DNA of 64,000 nucleotides, taken from the IMG/VR virus record IMGVR_UViG_3300050343_000122, positions 1-64,000 of that record. One strand, 5' to 3'. Under the pieces are notes generated by a model. That model searched no databases. It was not told where the DNA came from and saw only the letters and a list, made by a program, of their open reading frames with translations. This stretch comes from a virus. The translations under genes and the position numbers were made by a program. Shown here in pieces: positions 31,401 to 40,307 of the stretch (its first letter is position 1; each line of letters starts with the position of its first letter).

Positions 31401-34400
31401 CAACATTACCTAACTCATCAAAGAATATATCTGAATCATCTGGTGCTTGCACTCTATTATCTATAAAGAATGGTAGTTTAGTTTTGAATGTAAATCTAGA
31501 TATAAATATATCTCCACCAAATATTGTATCTGTCCCTGAAGCTGTAACAAGTTTTTGATAACCAGTGTCAATTCTTTGAAATGAGTTTAATTGACCCCAT
31601 TGATTAGGAAGAATATTCTTCATAGAAGCATAGTATGATACTACTTTTATATCTTGCTCTTGTCCTGGTTTGTCACAAACTCCAGACTCCCCTATGCTAA
31701 ATCTTGAGTATTCTACCATACTAGATTCACCGTCTGCTCCAATTAAACTTTCAGTATTTTGAGGTAAAGGAAGTGCTAAAATATCATCACTAATAGTAGT
31801 ATTAATATATACAGAAGATTCTCTATTCCAATTATTAATTGGAGGTTGGCTATTATTAAAAGATTGTACACCTGGTATAAGGTATCTTGTAAGTTCTATT
31901 TCTCTTTGTTTGATACCACCGTTCGTATTATTATTGATAGGAAAATGATAATCATAGTTTGCTCTTGAGTTGAAAGACATTGCATAATTCTTTCTTGTAA
32001 TACCATTTATGTATATAGTAAGATAGGATTGGTATACTGTAAACATTATACCAGCATTAAATACACCTGAACCCATAGAAGCCACTCTCTCAGAACTTTT
32101 TAACGCATCTTCTTGAGCTTCTTTACTTAGAAGTTTGTACTTAGCATTGTCTTTAACTTCTACAAAGTGAGCCTTTCCTGCTCCAAACATTACACTTTCT
32201 AACTTAAGTACGCTTCCTAAGAATGGTTGTCCAAAAGATGTGTCTGGTGAATTGAAGATTTGCTTATCTAGAATATCTTTTGCTTCTTCATAGTCAGCCC
32301 CATCTAATGGTTTAATAGGTATATCTCTGTCACATTTTAAACAGGATCTTCTACTATGTCTTTTAGAGAATTCATTATTTTGTCCTCCAGAACCAGTATC
32401 ATTTGCATTTTCAGCTGGAGTAAAAGTATCCCAAGCATTTACTGGAGTTGGAAATCCAGGTCCGCTATAAGCAGCACTCGAAGCAACACTATCATCAAAA
32501 AGAGGAAGAGGATTAGTAGGTTGTCCAAATCCAGGACTTGGCCAAGGTTGTACATTGTCTGGATTTTCTTCTACTTTAACACATGTCTGACATGCTTTTG
32601 ATTCCTGATCAGGATCCGGACATGGGTAATTAGGATCAAAGGTATTTGGAGGATATGATATTATGTCATAGTTTTCTTCTGGATTATCAGGATCTGGTTC
32701 AGTACAAGGTCCTGGATAAATTTGAGTTAGAAAAATACGAGGATTTGAACAGCAACTACCAGAAGGTTCACGCCAAGTAGGTGCATAGGGGTGATTTCCT
32801 TCATATCCATAACTTGCTCCAGCTGGTGCTCCTCCAGGACTTTCATCAAAATCAATTTGGTTTGTACCATAAACATCAAATTCAGGGTCAGCATTTGTAA
32901 TCACATTAACTCTGTCAATACCGTCAATAATATCACCACCCCACCTCAGAGTAGCAGAACAATTTACTGTTCCATCAAAATTAAAATTGTTAAATGGATT
33001 TTGCCATTTTAATTCATATCTACTACAAGGGCCTTTATCACTAAAAGGTACAGGAAAAATCTGACAGTTGGAGCTATGGTCACCAATCCATACATCAAAG
33101 TCTCCAGGTCCTATTGTTATAACACCTTTCAGAGATACAGGTCTTGTTAAGGAACAAACTTCTAAAATACAATTAGGTGAAATAGTGGCTTGTGTTTGTT
33201 TACCATTTTCAATACTAGTATATACAAATACTCCATCTTCATCATTTACAGTTATATCTATACCATATGCAGTATACCAAGGTCCAAGAAAAAAATCTGT
33301 AGCCTTATCAGGCATATATAAAAGCCATGACTTAGATTTATAATTCCAAGCATTGTTATTCTCTTGTAGGAACGAGTCCTCTCCAGATACTTGATTATAT
33401 GGGTAGTTAGGGTAGTAGTATTCTTGATCATCTTTTGTATACTTGTTTAAATTTCTAAGAATACCTTTTGCTATTACTGATTTGTTTGTACCACGGTCCC
33501 CTCTTACTATTTTAAATGCTACAATATCATCTTTCTGTTCTTGAGTAAGATTAGAAGCTGTTATTAGTCCTGTTATTTGAGTATTGTTAATCTTAACTCC
33601 TATAGGATAGATAGCATCAGAGTCTTGCATCGTGGGTACAATACTAGTACCTTCATAAACAATCTGTGGATTTTCTACAATAGGACTTACTAATACATCT
33701 GGAAACTTATGATGTCGTATAGGTGTATCTGCAAGGCTTCCCCACAACTCAGTATTACATGGATACTTTTCAGTAGATTCCCAGTATGCAAAGTTTCCGT
33801 ATTCAAAAGGTCCTTTATAATTAGCTTCTCCATTATACTCAGGTGAAAATCCTAAGTTTGTAGCATTGTTATATATCTTCCAATAAGGACTATAACCAAT
33901 ACCACTTTCAAAGTAATCAGGTTCTCCAATAAAGTCATCATTGGTATTAGGAACATCCGGTTGAGGGTTTAGATTAAGTGGGCCTGGTATGTGAAATGAG
34001 TCTGTCTGTTTTCCATTTCGTAAAAGAAATACTATTTCAAATGCATACACTTCATCACGCATGTATCCACGATAATTAGTAGCATTCAATTCATCACTGT
34101 AGTCTTCTCCAGGTGGGAGTCTATGTGTTTCCCATTGTAATGTTATTTGACTAGCAATATTCTGATAATTAATTCTATCTACAGAAGCTAAGTCACTCCA
34201 TATCAGCGTGTCTTGTGCAGAAGTTATATCCTTGGCTACATCATAATATGGATACTTCTCAAAAATATCTGCAATAGATAATTGTATAGGATTTGCATCT
34301 GCACCAGTGTATGTAATTATCTGTTGATCTTCAGTAATGTTATATGTACCTACTAACTCTACAGAGGTTATATCATTAATAGTTTTTATTACTGCTAAAT

Positions 34401-35259
34401 TGAAGTAGTTATATTGTCCTGATAAGTCCAGGTTTGATACTCTTAGTTCTATTGATTTACCTACTGGATAGTTAAAGTTTACTGTTGTGTTTAACGGATC
34501 AGCAATAGGTGTAGGGTTAGTAACTGAATAGTAAGAAGTAAGATCGCTACCAGCTGCATCTGAATACTGTACAGCAAATTGATATGTTCCAGCAACCAGT
34601 GAGCCTACGTTTAGTATATCGTTTATTTCTAAAAAAGGTATGTCGAAATTAGGTTGTATCTTAAGTTGATTACAATCCAATTGATCAGTATATACAGGAT
34701 CACATCCAGGGTCTGAGTTAGGATCAATAACATATGGAATGTTATCTATATCTAAATATCTCCTAGCATTAAATCCATCTGTCCAGTATATCTCTGTACT
34801 GCAATTTGTTATTCTATGCACTACTTTATGTATAGGATAATCTATACTAAAGTTTAAACAAGGAGCATTTACTAATGTTTGATATTGACAATCATTATTA
34901 AACATGAAGCCAATTTCACTATCACCAGTTAAAGGATCTGTTAGAAAGAATATGTTTTTCTTTTTCTCTGGAATTGTATATTTTCCAATGAGTTCGTACC
35001 CATCAGGAAAACTTAAACAAGGCTCATTACCAGGTTCATTTTGATAGTTGACTGAACTAGAATCAAAGTTCTCTATAGTAGCATTCAATGCATAGGTAAG
35101 ACTTCCTGTCTTTACTTGATTGATGGTGCTATCCATGTTAAGACCAGTAGTAGCTTGATTATATTCAAGTCTAACTTGGCCTTTCTGAGCTTTGTCATCT
35201 TTTTTAGCAGCAGCAGCTTTTTTAGCTTTTGCGTCTTCCATTTCTTTTCTAGTAGCCAT
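28474..35259 (-). CDS. Tail stabilization/muzzle protein (P22 gp10-like) with internal insertion and Thr-linked C-terminal extension
   Basis: 2261 aa. GLNMD..LTYALNA N-terminus, GYMRDEVYAFEIVF, FGGDIFISRF, GVYDNRFDRVIITK and SWISFHSY; follows the ring and IHF-like genes. Confidence 0.8.
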   Translation of the reverse strand: MATRKEMEDAKAKKAAAAKKDDKAQKGQVRLEYNQATTGLNMDSTINQVKTGSLTYALNATIENFDSSSVNYQNEPGNEPCLSFPDGYELIGKYTIPEKKKNIFFLTDPLTGDSEIGFMFNNDCQYQTLVNAPCLNFSIDYPIHKVVHRITNCSTEIYWTDGFNARRYLDIDNIPYVIDPNSDPGCDPVYTDQLDCNQLKIQPNFDIPFLEINDILNVGSLVAGTYQFAVQYSDAAGSDLTSYYSVTNPTPIADPLNTTVNFNYPVGKSIELRVSNLDLSGQYNYFNLAVIKTINDITSVELVGTYNITEDQQIITYTGADANPIQLSIADIFEKYPYYDVAKDITSAQDTLIWSDLASVDRINYQNIASQITLQWETHRLPPGEDYSDELNATNYRGYMRDEVYAFEIVFLLRNGKQTDSFHIPGPLNLNPQPDVPNTNDDFIGEPDYFESGIGYSPYWKIYNNATNLGFSPEYNGEANYKGPFEYGNFAYWESTEKYPCNTELWGSLADTPIRHHKFPDVLVSPIVENPQIVYEGTSIVPTMQDSDAIYPIGVKINNTQITGLITASNLTQEQKDDIVAFKIVRGDRGTNKSVIAKGILRNLNKYTKDDQEYYYPNYPYNQVSGEDSFLQENNNAWNYKSKSWLLYMPDKATDFFLGPWYTAYGIDITVNDEDGVFVYTSIENGKQTQATISPNCILEVCSLTRPVSLKGVITIGPGDFDVWIGDHSSNCQIFPVPFSDKGPCSRYELKWQNPFNNFNFDGTVNCSATLRWGGDIIDGIDRVNVITNADPEFDVYGTNQIDFDESPGGAPAGASYGYEGNHPYAPTWREPSGSCCSNPRIFLTQIYPGPCTEPDPDNPEENYDIISYPPNTFDPNYPCPDPDQESKACQTCVKVEENPDNVQPWPSPGFGQPTNPLPLFDDSVASSAAYSGPGFPTPVNAWDTFTPAENANDTGSGGQNNEFSKRHSRRSCLKCDRDIPIKPLDGADYEEAKDILDKQIFNSPDTSFGQPFLGSVLKLESVMFGAGKAHFVEVKDNAKYKLLSKEAQEDALKSSERVASMGSGVFNAGIMFTVYQSYLTIYINGITRKNYAMSFNSRANYDYHFPINNNTNGGIKQREIELTRYLIPGVQSFNNSQPPINNWNRESSVYINTTISDDILALPLPQNTESLIGADGESSMVEYSRFSIGESGVCDKPGQEQDIKVVSYYASMKNILPNQWGQLNSFQRIDTGYQKLVTASGTDTIFGGDIFISRFTFKTKLPFFIDNRVQAPDDSDIFFDELGNVAYPKYWHSARSILEPYNVTSGDPDQLMYNLISTKAHNLDCPSDPSLIGPPPNDQESYAGTYRSFYDGYMYLWAYGVPNFYCESVYNTDLRQAFNTKEGDFWPHVSSGIPDDWLQETNVPIAQDNTYYYNVTFSKQNKENVFSQLPPDWIAECYTFFPFRAIYSDTQGDSADNRVNNWLVYRALSYHDFPQNYGNLTSLDGMMDKAVLARFENKALLYNKLLTIDTSNPQAAYIGNPRLFDGAPPIDFAETDLGYVGSQNKFLLKVPYGAVTADAKRGQIFLMAGSKVIDMTKFGSGVNRFMTSHLPFEILEYFPDVYTDNHFNGIGLHGVYDNRFDRVIITKLDYIPVNDDVRYDSVNKKFYVTVGETEQEQEVYLFDREYFCNKSWTMSFDFSTRSWISFHSYLPNFYIGENNFYYSGINNCCTQFTAVLETPDRSEIGEETPYLDGWFGEVEPEEIRTTTTTTSSDPLFTTTTTTGYVPDCDLDISILEEINCDIDGVGYITVPSPTTTTICSRPSPLSQSTFTEGYQIMTEPAPIIGSSSAASACAIGAFLANLNSNDEAVPINFTFEYSGADVNGANVSIGQVLYFGDDDSCTKVPDGWYTSVDINSYQTANYVEDGILLEQVPCDCNTLTTTTTMFNGDLDQCCGLIYNDDDGNVVLQNVEQDWVNYAYINIPGYTSGKLAVGPTALYAVSPGINTSFKKWTITTSPWTVVADSDLVIADNAFGTTAGVVVKDDSAILAIDTAQGFIVEIDTTSGIPSSKILLQTGYTYPTNLLYTTEGKLITIREVIATGAFEYVQWDYDNQVVTPEIVSTITSSEFSGVDITIHSCDCDIIIVCKGNTPVYPYAQFSVAPFSPFEVVLEGATSGKGKIENYFSPTNITQLTSCVSPSAGPTTTTTSTTLAPTTTTTTSIQPNCSKWEITGPIAIRYTDCSGIEQVVSVATGQTSFICANTNTPGDLGPSATLIGACDI

Positions 35260-35269
35260 ATGCTATTTG

Positions 35270-36286
35270 TTAACTCCTACCGTTACCTCTCCACAAACCA
35301 TATCCATATCTGTTTGAATATCTTCCTGACACTTGAGATTTTGCATCAGGTAATTCATACATATTATTACGATTGAGATCAGTAATAACTCTTCTTTGTT
35401 TTTGATATACTGTTTCTTTCTTAAGTTCTGTTTCTGCCATAATCCAAGACTCATCAGACATTTGTTTATAATAAACTAGTTTTTGTTGTAGCTGATTAAA
35501 TGTTTCATCATTTGTCTGATTTGTTAGAGTTTCAAATACCTTAAACTTAATAAACGATTCTATATATTCTCTTACACGATAATTATCTGGAATCAATTGA
35601 TTTCCTATCTTGTCATAGTCTGTAGAATAGAATACTAAATGAACTACTCCTTTTCTAAAGTTAGTAACAAACTTATTGTCTCTTACATCAAAAGAATCGT
35701 AAGAAGAAGATCCTGGAGTGAACTCACGTCCTGATAAAGCTAACTGATTGTATTGGTCCCAAGAATCTGTATATGCTAAATTACAGCTCTTTCTAGCTGA
35801 GATGTTACCTGGTTTAAGTAGGTATGTTCTTCTATATGCTCTAGGTATTTCACTGTTTGTTTTATATACAGCTTGTACTATCTCAGGCATACATGTCCCA
35901 TCGCAACTAGGATGTTGACAATCAGGATTATTACAGGGAGTACCACCAATAGTTAAAGGAGCAATTTGAATAGTTGTAGCATTTGCAGCCTGACTATAAA
36001 AAGAAGATGCTGCAGGATAAGGGTTTCCTGGAATAACTGCACACATCCAAGCTTCTCTCACAGCATGAAAGTTGTCTGGTAACCTTGCTTCAAAGTCTTC
36101 TATAAATAGAGCCTCTGTAGTAATCTTATATGTTGTTCTTCCCATTTTCCTAAGACACTTATCTAAGTATGTAGGAAATAGTAAATCATCTACAGCACCA
36201 GTATCGAAGTAACTTTTAAGCTCTTCTTTTACTGTAGCGTATAGTGGTTCTGGGGATACAAAATCGTATTTATAATAGTATGACAT
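35270..36286 (-). CDS. Putative tail/neck ring protein
   Basis: 338 aa with LPDNF, FVTNFRKGVVHLVFYS and LIPDN motifs; immediately upstream of the muzzle gene, as in crAss-like phages. Confidence 0.65.
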   Translation of the reverse strand: MSYYYKYDFVSPEPLYATVKEELKSYFDTGAVDDLLFPTYLDKCLRKMGRTTYKITTEALFIEDFEARLPDNFHAVREAWMCAVIPGNPYPAASSFYSQAANATTIQIAPLTIGGTPCNNPDCQHPSCDGTCMPEIVQAVYKTNSEIPRAYRRTYLLKPGNISARKSCNLAYTDSWDQYNQLALSGREFTPGSSSYDSFDVRDNKFVTNFRKGVVHLVFYSTDYDKIGNQLIPDNYRVREYIESFIKFKVFETLTNQTNDETFNQLQQKLVYYKQMSDESWIMAETELKKETVYQKQRRVITDLNRNNMYELPDAKSQVSGRYSNRYGYGLWRGNGRS

Positions 36287-36289
36287 AAC

Positions 36290-36769
36290 TTATTTTTTCC
36301 ATTCGTGATAGGTCTGTTGATATTTAGGATCTGCTTTTATATAATGAGAAAGGTCTCTGGAAGTTCTTCTAGATGGTTTAAAATACCATAAGTCTGAGTT
36401 TCTAAATCTTGCTGTAGATTTAAACCACATCCAACCAAAAAAATAACCTTCTGTATGATAGTTAAAGTTATATACAACTTTTCCTTTCTTTCGTGTCTTC
36501 TGCCAATCAATAGGAAGATTTACAAACTCCTTTCCATTGATGTCTTTAGTTTTTCTTCTTTTCTTCTTATTAATCGAAAACTCTCCAAAACCAGTTGGAA
36601 GCTTTTCTTTCTCTCCTGTTTCTAAAATATAGTGTTTGAATGACTCATTGAAACCATACAGGATATTTCTCCACTCATCAAAAGTTAGAGATATTAAAGG
36701 GTGCTTCTTACAGAAGTCCTCGTAATTCTTTTTACTTGCACTTCGCCAGTCAACTGCTACTCTTGACAT
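36290..36769 (-). CDS. IHF/HU-like DNA-binding protein (crAss-like)
   Basis: Basic protein with LPTGFGEFSINKKK, IDWQKT and WYFKPSR motifs. The start is moved to the ATG at 36769 to avoid overlap with the upstream gene. Confidence 0.65.
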   Translation of the reverse strand: MSRVAVDWRSASKKNYEDFCKKHPLISLTFDEWRNILYGFNESFKHYILETGEKEKLPTGFGEFSINKKKRRKTKDINGKEFVNLPIDWQKTRKKGKVVYNFNYHTEGYFFGWMWFKSTARFRNSDLWYFKPSRRTSRDLSHYIKADPKYQQTYHEWKK

Positions 36770-36779
36770 ATATAATTTA

Positions 36780-37508
36780 TTACTGAGTTGGTTGGGCATT
36801 TGGAGCTTGTCCATCTATGCCTTCGTTACTCATGTCGGTTTTAATTTGGAAGTATGTAGCTAAGAGTTTTTGTGATACTAATCCTAAAGCTGAAGACTCT
36901 AAATAACCTGGTAGAGCATACTCTTTATCCAAAGGGTTTTTACAATATTCTTCATCTGTAACATCCACACCACCACAATCACAATCTGGATACATAATTT
37001 CACTAGGTACATCTTCTTCAAAAAATGCAGATAGTCTGATTGCTTTTAGTAAAGGATTGTTTACATATAAGTATCCATTAGATATCCAGAAGTAATAATC
37101 ATTTTTTACTATTGGTAGTTTCAATAAATTCAAATATCTATTTATAGTTATCTCCTTTAATTTAGTTCCTCTTCCTCCCATAGCATCTACAGAATATACA
37201 CCCTGTATTACATATTGGTAGTTACCTTCCGATATTCTAGGTAGTTTATGTGCAGTTCTGGATACATTACACTCGTCTGCATACTCACAACATTCTGAGA
37301 TGGGAACTTCTTTCATCTCTAGACAAGGAATAGTGGTATATAATGTATCACTAGCCCATAGTTTTCTTAAATTGGTTTCTCTTTTTATCAACATTTGAGA
37401 TGTGTTTCTTATCTCAGAAGCAATAACTCTATCCGTTATCAAAGCATCTGTTGATAAAATCTTATGTGTACCTCTCACATCCGAAACCAATTTTCTTAAT
37501 GTTGCCAT
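36780..37508 (-). CDS. Putative tail tubular/ring protein
   Basis: 242 aa with YFWISNGYLYV..AIRLSAFFEED and C-terminal EYALPGYL; conserved position before the IHF-like gene. Confidence 0.65.
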   Translation of the reverse strand: MATLRKLVSDVRGTHKILSTDALITDRVIASEIRNTSQMLIKRETNLRKLWASDTLYTTIPCLEMKEVPISECCEYADECNVSRTAHKLPRISEGNYQYVIQGVYSVDAMGGRGTKLKEITINRYLNLLKLPIVKNDYYFWISNGYLYVNNPLLKAIRLSAFFEEDVPSEIMYPDCDCGGVDVTDEEYCKNPLDKEYALPGYLESSALGLVSQKLLATYFQIKTDMSNEGIDGQAPNAQPTQ

Positions 37509-37512
37509 TGTT

Positions 37513-37653
37513 TTATTTTTTATAATTACCGAAGCCTTTTATTCCTCCCTCTTGGTCAGCCTCTCTCATATAATTCTTTTTCATATTATAAGGACGCACC
37601 TTGGGAGCTTTTACATTCTTGCCTGGTGTAGGCTTTCCATACTTTGTTGCCAT
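37513..37653 (-). CDS. Small basic hypothetical protein (46 aa, absent from the ORF track)
   Basis: ATG at 37653 to TAA at 37513 gives MATKYGKPTPGKNVKAPKVRPYNMKKNYMREADQEGGIKGFGNYKK, which fills the gap between its neighbours. Confidence 0.6.
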   Translation of the reverse strand: MATKYGKPTPGKNVKAPKVRPYNMKKNYMREADQEGGIKGFGNYKK

Positions 37654-37655
37654 AA

Positions 37656-38897
37656 TTATATTCTTTCTTCAAATTCAGCAACCTTGCCAACTTTACTATC
37701 GTAAACTAAAGCTAAGGCAGCTCGTACACTATGTACAAAATTATTATCTTTATGCCACCTATCTGTTCCAGATAAACTAGGCATTTGTTGTATCCTAACT
37801 CCTTTTATCTCTTTGGCCATATAGTGATGTTTATCACCTGTATGAACTTCTCTATATGTAGCATCACCAAACCACTTACTATATTTTGGATGCGTTGCAA
37901 ACAATAATGGTAATGCATCAATTTTACAATTACCATGATGGAAGCCAATGAACGTATTACCTACTACAGTAGCTTTTACTAAACCTTCTTCTCTTACAAA
38001 AGATATATTCTTATCTTCCTTAAAATATATGTCTAACGCATGAGCTAAGTAATATGATTTAGTTCTATCGTGATTACCTTGTACTAAAATAACCTCAACA
38101 TGTTTAGAATTAGTCTTTAACATTTTAATAGTATCTACTAAAAGATCAAATCCCATCTCGTACTCTGACGCATAATCTAATATTATATCTTGAGGAGTAC
38201 CATTAGTTGTAGTGTTCTGATAATTATCTGTATGAAAGAAATCATTAGATATAGGAAACACTACTTTATTTATATTGTAAATAGATCTAACTTTATGAGT
38301 TAAAGCTTCTGCTATTTTCACAAATCTATTAGCTCTAGTTTGTGGATCATTATCTCCATCAACATATCTTTTAGCTAAGTGATAATCTGATAAAGATAAC
38401 TCAATATCTACCAGAGGTTTCAGCTCCATCTGAGGAGCAGGAATAGGAATGTAGTTTGACTTATAGTTCTCTAGGAACTTGCTGAAGTCATCAGCTGTAT
38501 AATCTTTTGGACCTTTTCTTTTAGAAAAGATTGAAGATGTAAACTTCCCAGTGGGAAGAACCTTAGACCAATAGTTAGTAATTATATACTTTTCTAGATC
38601 TATCTTGTGTAATTGTGCTAACTCTATATCACTTTTTGGTTCGAAGTCTAGAGTTATTGTACTTTCAATTGTGCCCTGTTCATTGCTAACTTTTCTTACT
38701 GCTTCCTCAATCTGTTTACTATTTGTTGCCCCATCTAGAAATTTATTACTGTCGTCATATTTCTTTCCTTTTAGTTCCTTTTTCAGCTCTTTTACTTCAT
38801 TAACTGTAACGTTTAGCTTTTCTGCATACCACTCTTCACTTCTTTTTCTTGTTAACAACTCTTTAAGTTGATTAAGAAGACTCTGATTCTCAGACAT
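37656..38897 (-). CDS. Calcineurin-like metallophosphoesterase with N-terminal HTH-like segment
   Basis: Motifs SDYHL, NDFFHTD, GNHD, FHHG and TGDKHH. The N-terminal WYAEKLNVTVNEV resembles an HTH. Confidence 0.8.
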   Translation of the reverse strand: MSENQSLLNQLKELLTRKRSEEWYAEKLNVTVNEVKELKKELKGKKYDDSNKFLDGATNSKQIEEAVRKVSNEQGTIESTITLDFEPKSDIELAQLHKIDLEKYIITNYWSKVLPTGKFTSSIFSKRKGPKDYTADDFSKFLENYKSNYIPIPAPQMELKPLVDIELSLSDYHLAKRYVDGDNDPQTRANRFVKIAEALTHKVRSIYNINKVVFPISNDFFHTDNYQNTTTNGTPQDIILDYASEYEMGFDLLVDTIKMLKTNSKHVEVILVQGNHDRTKSYYLAHALDIYFKEDKNISFVREEGLVKATVVGNTFIGFHHGNCKIDALPLLFATHPKYSKWFGDATYREVHTGDKHHYMAKEIKGVRIQQMPSLSGTDRWHKDNNFVHSVRAALALVYDSKVGKVAEFEERI

Positions 38898-38925
38898 ATG
38901 TATCGTATTTAATTAGAAAATATCT

Positions 38926-39000
38926 CAAAGATAGATAAATTATTTAACTTAACATAAAAAACTTAACCATGAGAGTTATTCTTTATAACTAATTTGGTTA
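38926..39000 (-). promoter_or_regulatory. Bacteroidota-type promoter (-7 TATCTTTG at 38926-38933) with tandem TAAC-N7-GTTA palindromes (38964-39000)
   Basis: Directly visible motifs lying just downstream of a terminator. Confidence 0.7.
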
Positions 39001-39003
39001 TAT

Positions 39004-39070
39004 ATAAAACTCCCTAGGGGCGTTTTGCCCCTGGGAGAAGTTCTCTAAAACCAACAAAAGAGAACTTTTT
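39004..39070. terminator. Back-to-back hairpins, probable bidirectional intrinsic terminator
   Basis: CTCCCTAGGGGC/GCCCCTGGGAG (39010-39037) has a T-run on the minus strand; AAGTTCTCT/AGAGAACTT (39038-39067) has a T-run on the plus strand. Confidence 0.8.
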
Positions 39071-39073
39071 ATT

Positions 39074-39739
39074 CTATCTCACATCACTTCCACAACATTC
39101 GTCATAGATCCATGAAAACTCAAAGTCATCTCCAGACGATCCTACCCACTGAAGATCTTCAATAAAACATGGGTTTACTAATGTATTCCCTGATATCTCG
39201 TAGTTGCGTATTGATAATGTACCTTGATTACCGTTTCCATTATTTTGTGTGTTTATCATTTGTACAGTGTTTCTTAGAGTTATTATATCTGGATCAAAAA
39301 AGAACAACTGCATGTTGCTCAAGGGACAAAGAAAGTCTGGTTCAGTTATCACTAACGGTGTATTGCTAGCAACAAATATCGATCCCACTTGAGCATTTTG
39401 ATTTAGATCTAAATTCCCTATTAAGCTCCCATTTAGAAATACATCAAAATTGTCATCTCTTTCTGAGTTCTCATTACAAACCTGAAAGACAGTGACAGTA
39501 TTTGGACAATTTGGAGGTGCGTCTATTTCTCTATCTAGATAAGTATCACAGTCAGGACTAGTAGATATAATTCTAACTACAGCAGTTCCAAAAGGAACGT
39601 TATATGAAACAAATCCTGCAAGTAGTTGATTGCTTGTTACATCTACTTCAAAAGCTTCAGTAAAACCATCAACCTGAGAAAACAAGTTAAAAGGTCCAGC
39701 ATCTGCTCCTATGTTACTAGCTTGTATTAGTATTGCCAT
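39074..39739 (-). CDS. GPF-domain protein with beta-rich C-terminal domain
   Basis: 221 aa. N-terminal GADAGPFNLFSQVDGF...VPFGTAVVRIISTSPDC. Confidence 0.7.
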   Translation of the reverse strand: MAILIQASNIGADAGPFNLFSQVDGFTEAFEVDVTSNQLLAGFVSYNVPFGTAVVRIISTSPDCDTYLDREIDAPPNCPNTVTVFQVCNENSERDDNFDVFLNGSLIGNLDLNQNAQVGSIFVASNTPLVITEPDFLCPLSNMQLFFFDPDIITLRNTVQMINTQNNGNGNQGTLSIRNYEISGNTLVNPCFIEDLQWVGSSGDDFEFSWIYDECCGSDVR

Positions 39740-39753
39740 TTTATATTTTTATT

Positions 39754-40293
39754 TTATTGACAAAGAGTAGTACAACATAAAACTTCATATCCATTTAAAG
39801 CTATCTGTATTGCTGCTACACTTGTGTCAGTTGCACTCGGTCCTATTTTATACCATCCTGCATCCAATTCTAATAGACTTGCTGTTGCTGGGTTTGGATC
39901 ATCATATAAAAAAGACCCAACAGATGGAACATAATTAAAAGTATCACCATTGTGCCAGTACTCAGTTACCGGTAATATAGATGCATCTGAACATGCATCT
40001 GTAGCATTATTGTGAGGTGCTGGAGCATCAAAAAGTCCAAATCCAGATGTATATTGTGAGACAATTGATGCGTCAACATAATTATCACAGTCAGCATTGT
40101 TATTTTTTATTCTCACAATGGTAGTTCCACTAGGAACAAGACTTGTAGATATGTTATAACCTAGTGCACTTGTTAGAATAGTTATAGAAACGTTCGTAGC
40201 AAAGGGTGTTGTATAAAGATCTGCATTTGAATATAGATCAACTGGTCCTGAGCAACTGCCTGCGGATTCTAGTTTTATTGTTAGTGTTGCCAT
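39754..40293 (-). CDS. GPF-domain protein with C-terminal 'AC..GWY..C' module
   Basis: 179 aa. N-terminal AGSCSGPVDLYSNAD...VPSGTTIVRIKNNNADC. Confidence 0.7.
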   Translation of the reverse strand: MATLTIKLESAGSCSGPVDLYSNADLYTTPFATNVSITILTSALGYNISTSLVPSGTTIVRIKNNNADCDNYVDASIVSQYTSGFGLFDAPAPHNNATDACSDASILPVTEYWHNGDTFNYVPSVGSFLYDDPNPATASLLELDAGWYKIGPSATDTSVAAIQIALNGYEVLCCTTLCQ

Positions 40294-40307
40294 TTTATAA
40301 TTTTATT

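Noticed and set aside
36770-36814. Longer ORF-track starts for 36290..36814 and 41454..41720
   Set aside because: They overlap the upstream genes. Downstream ATGs at 36769 and 41705 give normal spacing or TAATG coupling.
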